64,000 nucleotides of DNA, from contig NC_134033.1 in the NCBI RefSeq assembly GCF_964204645.1, positions 12,222,655 to 12,286,654 on the forward strand, in the 5' to 3' direction. The notes beneath the pieces are model-generated. The model had not been told where the DNA came from. It was given only the letters and a program-made list of their open reading frames with translations, and searched no databases. How positions within the stretch are numbered: the first letter of the stretch is position 1; each line of letters opens with the position of its first letter. The stretch comes from Tubulanus polymorphus (Eukaryota > Animalia > Nemertea). The position numbers were made by a program, and so were the translations under genes. Shown piece by piece: positions 58,583 to 64,000 of this stretch.

Positions 58583-59933
58583 ACGATAAACAAATGCCTC
58601 TTGTGAGATGATTTTTTTTTTAATTTTCGTAAACCATGATGCATATAATCTCATGAACAGTTAATACTTTTCAATGGTGCTCATAATGTAAATTGATCAA
58701 TCATTTGACAAGGAACTATTCTTTCTTTCTTTGATATTGATATAACCATGAGTGTTCCCGTGTAAAATAGTAACTTAGTTCTTCATGGTTATTTTCAAAA
58801 CGATAATTTGACAGTTAATGTGCATATTATGTAAATAAACCGTTTTCCGGATTACCGGTAGGTAGTGTTGGCAATAAAAAGGCATACACGAACAAGGGGT
58901 CGATCCATGGACGGACATTTTGTCGTGCCTTACCCGAAAGAGAGCATGCACTTTTCCTTTAGCCCCTTTGGTTTAGACTGTGATACAGGAGGCCGGACTA
59001 ATGCAAAAGAACATTAAGTGTATAATGTACACATATCACAGATATAATCTTGACTTCGGAAGGGGAGTGTCAGTGCAGGTGTACCCCGTCTCCAAACTTC
59101 TTCCGATAATAGCTTTTGCGGCCGAAGTGTCATCGTTGCAGCGTTGGCATTTTTTGGTTGATGTGAGATCCGTTGTGGAGTAGGGGCTGGTCTGATCGAG
59201 TAGGGGCTGGTCAGATCGCCGTGCCCTGGTTCACTGACACCGGCGGATGTAAAACATCGTAAAGCGCTCGATCCCAGTTTGGCGTATTTTTGTAAATTTT
59301 CTGAAGAATGTTTTCTAAAAGTGCTGAATAAAGTTTTATTACCGAATCAACAATTAGACATTCATTTTATTCATCTTTTTTTCTTAATTTTCATTCAGTT
59401 TTTTCTATATACAGCGGCCCTCAACTCGGTTTCCTGTAAGTTGAAAGACGATTTTTGGATCCGTTAGCCATACTGAGGTGAGGTGTACGAGTCTCGCCAT
59501 GACTTCCGGATCGAATCCCAGTCGATGGAAAAAATTGATAAATTCCGGACAATATTCTCTATAGTTCCTCAATTCAATTATGAATGAATGATCGGCGAAG
59601 AAAGGCTTTTTCGTACAAGATAGTGCAATAATCAAATACAGGAGACCCAAGAGAGGTCAAAAATTGACTTCTACGAGTCTGGGCCCCTCACAAAGTCCCA
59701 CGTAACTATAACCTCATAAACACATGCACATGCCCTATAGACAAACACAAAAACATTGAGGCACCCGACACAGGGACGCTTATAGACTATACCCCTCTAG
59801 TTCCATCGACCTCCTCACCTCGCTGGATCGGTATTGCCATCTAAACAATGCATAAGTCGATAATCCGCGATGTAAGATGCGTCAGTTTATTATCCAGTGA
59901 AAACTGAATTTGTTCTTCGTTATTTTCTTCTAG

Positions 59934-60085
59934 CTAAATACCACGACCCGCGTAGTCCAGGCTGTTCGAGGAGTAACAGTACGTCATTGCGGACGAGCGT
60001 TGCTCTGGTGCTTTCCATTTCGGTTGCTGTTTTGATCGTCACTTCGCTGGTCGTCGTATCGGCGTCACGGGACACCGATCACTAG
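59934..60085 (+). CDS. ACHE: AChE alternative terminal exon, H-like (Cys plus hydrophobic GPI-signal or transmembrane tail)
   Basis: Strong acceptor tattttcttctag, phase 1 compatible with the 56321 donor; encodes AKYHDPRSPGCSRSNSTSLRTSVALVLSISVAVLIVTSLVVVSASRDTDH*. Confidence 0.8.
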
Positions 60086-60742
60086 GAGACAGAATGACGA
60101 CCATCGGTGAAAAAGAGGAATCCCAGTTTAGGCGCACGCCAGGTACAGACCGACAACGGAACCAGGTTTGCCTTTAGAAGAAGCAAGTTTGCCTGCAGAA
60201 GGTTCGTCGAAGTTACGATCGTGGCTTCTAAAAACATGAAAAAAATATAAAACAAAATGAATACACGTTGTAAAAATTGTAACTTAGATTAGCAGTAGGC
60301 TTTGAAAAGGAATGCGTCGGTTAAAATGGAATGTTTCTTCCGTTGGTGTACGTAGTGAGTACTTACATCGCATTATTGGCCAGAGTTGCGTTCAGTGCCA
60401 GTGGTGACATTGAGAAACGGGTATAGAAAAAAACATTTGTAAAATACGTATGAATATGATATGTAGAAACTCGTACAAACATCAGGGATGTTTTCAATAT
60501 ATTGATAATAATAATAATGATAATAATGATAATGATAATAATGATGATAATGATAATATTGATAATAACGTTAGATCACTGTTCGGAAAGAAGACAAGAT
60601 ATAAAAAGAAATAAATGGAACGGAACGAATACGAATGGAACGGTTTAAACAGTAAGATTAGAACTGTACACATATTATCACAATGTAGATAGTTTATTGC
60701 CTATTTAAAGTATTTATACTGAATTTACTGATATCATAACGA

Positions 60743-60890
<148 letters not shown>

Positions 60891-62053
60891 TGATGTATTG
60901 TTCTCATTTCTCTCCCTCCACTCATTTGGGGAACAACACAACGTGTCACGTGTCAGTCACCGCGATGATGATTGGATATTGTGTATTATATTGTAAATGT
61001 ATATGTATAATTCGTCGTCGAATGTTGGTATAATATGATGATAGGCGACTTTGCGATATTCCTGGGCAGAGTTCCTTGGACATAGAATAGAAGAAAGAAA
61101 AACAATGCACGGCATTATCCGAATTTATGGCGGATAATAGGTTAGGCTACTGCACTGGCCAAGATTTGATCAAGATCTGATCGAGATCTGACACTCACGA
61201 TGCAAATCTATTCAATGAATGTGCAGATCGCAATATCAGTGATGATACAACTAATTAAAAATCCCAAAATTGTTGATTGACTTTAAATGTTTATTTAGAA
61301 ATGCTAGAAATATTTCGGGTGGTTCCTATTCGATGCTCGAACTGAGATGTCGAAGGCAGATGTTTGCGCACGCGCGCGATATGTGTAGCAAAATCGAAAT
61401 GTTAAATGTAATAATTGAAAAGGATGTTTTAAAAACTGTGATTTCTTACTGAAAACTAAATGATAGGTTATGGCGTTAGACCATAATGGAGTCCAAACGG
61501 TAGCAAACTTCATCAGCTAAAAGAGTTGATGATTTGTTATTTGACTAAAAATGTGTTTCGATAGATCTGTGAACAATTGAAAATAACAAAGATAGGATCT
61601 GAAGTAAACAAAATAACAATAATCGAAATGAAATTTACCACGAAAAGAAACAGAATGACATAAAGAAACGTTTAGCCTAACTCAGGTCGCATAAGACCGG
61701 GTCGCAAACCTGGGTTAGGCATCTTTGGCATTTCCTTTGTCTAACATACGTCGGCCATTTTCACGGGGCATCTTCCTCCACGTTATTCTCAACGATGTCA
61801 ACGTGGATTATTTGTAAATAAATGATATGTAACTACGAAACCACAGGGGCTCGTCGCTAACTAGGTATCAATTATAACTTACGCCTCAATATTGCTAGAG
61901 TTGATATTTGGGCCTCCTGTCCGTCAAGCCCATGTGATGAAATCATTGTAATAATTGTTTAAAACGTGAATAGTTCTATTGGTCGTTGAGGTCAAGCGCT
62001 TTGCGTTACAAAATGAAAAAGCCCAGATGTTTGACTGACTATTTGACGTTGCA

Positions 62054-62277
62054 CATGGGCGGATCTTACTAGACGGGAACTCGGGAGTCTGGACGACTCC
62101 TGCAATGTAAACATTCGACTCCCAGAATTAGCATATTTGCGGATTCATATTTTACAGAATATCCTCAAATTCAGGGGCGCCTTCTTCCGCTGCTCGTAAC
62201 CTTTGGCACTTCAGCTTCGTTCGAGGACTGCCTATCCTATTCTTTTGGACCTTTCAATTTTCTTAGATCCGCCCCTG
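62054..62277. mobile_element. Non-autonomous DNA transposon with near-identical 5-bp TSD
   Basis: CATGGGCGGATCT / AGATCCGCCCCTG ends; flanks TTGCA / TCGCA. Confidence 0.65.
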
Positions 62278-62888
62278 TCGCAAGGCGTCTGCATGGCATA
62301 AACGTGAAACAAGGTTGCATGGCATTAACGTGTAATATTAACATAATTATATAAAAATATCTATAATGACGTACATGCCCTATCGTTTATCTGTACTACA
62401 CTTGTATTAGATGCCAAGGTCTGATTTCACGCTTCTTTACGTCATCGACGAAAATGAACGTATAACGTATGTATATCGTCTGCTAAACGCTTTAAACGTT
62501 TAGAAACTATAAACGTAATTCTTATAAACACAAACACACACACACACTTGTATAAGATCGGAACATTACGGACTACTTGTAAATAATGGATTATGCTATT
62601 TAACTATTTAAACGTGATCGTATATAAAACGTGTATTTAAATCTTATTACTTGTAAAACTTAGTAAAAAAAAAACATTAATAATATAATGATACTAGTAG
62701 ATAATTAATGTTGGGTCACTCCATATATGCAAAGTGATTAATATGAATACTACTAAGAAACATTTTCATATACAAATATATATATAAGCGTAAGATAATA
62801 TATGTACCTCTCCTTGTCAGGACGTGTACCTTGTTGAAAGCTTTATAGACTATTCAAATTCTAATTAAGTTAGTGGATCGGATGGATA

Positions 62889-63185
62889 GGACCGACTCTA
62901 TTATCAATCCGGACACGTCCGGGTGTCTCCAATTTCACGGTTTCATCGTTCACGTGATCATCCGGTGGTCTCCGGACTCTCCATTCTGGCGTGGTGGTTT
63001 AGTTTGCCGAGTGGAGCCGTGCGGTAAAGAAGATACACGTTCAGCATAGCATTAACAGGCAACCAGTCTAGATTCAGCAACCAGTCTGTTAAGTGATAGT
63101 ACAGTCGTTCTCCGATTGTACTCTTATTCACCGAAATCACCGGATCATCCGGATATTAATCCGGACGTGATGATAGAATCGGCCC
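62889..63185. mobile_element. MITE with imperfect TIRs
   Basis: GGACCGACTCTATTATCA..TCCGGA / TCCGGACGTGATGATAGAATCGGCCC. Confidence 0.6.
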
Positions 63186-64000
63186 ATACTGAATTGATTC
63201 CATTGGGTCGAAAAGGCATCGTTAAGATCAGTATTTGAGCCAGGCCTATATGGCGCCAATTTCTAAACCGTGGACTAATTTGCAGGAAAAAAAACAGTTG
63301 GACATTTTACATCTGGGGCTATGAATCCGTGATCGGATGAAGTCCCTGTTGCGTTCTAAACTGTTAGAAATTTTCCGCGAAATAGGTTGGAGTAATGCGA
63401 TCATATTTTTCTGCGATTATTACGTATATGTTATCGATAGGACACCGAAGCGCTTAGTTTTGCATTTTCAGGTTGAATATATACATTTACGCGCATGTAA
63501 GGCATTGATTTATACGATAAACGTGTAACTTAAATATATACAGCTTGCGACAGTTTATAATGCATATGTTGAGGTAATTACGAAGTCATACTAGTGAAGC
63601 TATTTTCGTGTTGTCGGTCGATTGCGATAGCGATGTATTTGATCGTGAATTTAAATGTTTCACCGTTATATCGATAAATATAGTGTTTTAGAGATTATCG
63701 TATAGAATTCAATAGCGATCAACCTATGATTATAATCACTACATATGAATGAATTTCTTAAATTCGTAGCAACGTTTGACGTAAGGCCGGAGAAATTATA
63801 GAAGGCGCTAAAATAAAGTTTTTGAGCATCGGTAAAGTATCGAACATCTAAATAGAATATCAGAAAAAAAAGACTTGCAAAGTTTCTCCAAGGCGCATTT
63901 TATATATACATACTTATATTGATAAACGGGAATATAAATAGTACTTCGAAGGTTAACTAGATTTTTCGCTTTCGCTACTAGTGCATCGAGTAGCTTCATC

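Overview
Eukaryotic (invertebrate animal) genomic DNA: AT-rich, spliceosomal GT-AG introns, dense in MITEs and SINEs. Most ORFs in the supplied track are spurious, so I built gene models by hand from splice sites and reading frame. (1) The 3' half of a receptor-type guanylyl cyclase lies on the + strand (8 exons, 105-15128). Its 10.8-kb intron (280-11108) contains three antisense genes: pICln/CLNS1A and two tandem CD225/dispanin (PRRT1-like) membrane-protein genes. (2) An acetylcholinesterase gene on the + strand has a probable non-coding first exon near 16.3-16.7 kb, a ~37-kb repeat-rich intron, and catalytic exons at 54120-55757 and 56128-56321. Two alternative terminal exons follow: a WAT/T tetramerisation exon (57743-57939), then an H-like hydrophobic/GPI-type exon (59934-60085), plus a possible intron read-through (R-like) tail. 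This resembles the vertebrate R/H/T splice system, but with T before H. In this assembly the AChE frame is broken by an exact 40-bp tandem duplication. The large intron also holds a minimal Penelope-type hammerhead ribozyme motif, a CORE-type SINE, a 36-bp minisatellite and many non-autonomous DNA transposons. No CRISPR, rRNA or intact tRNA was found.
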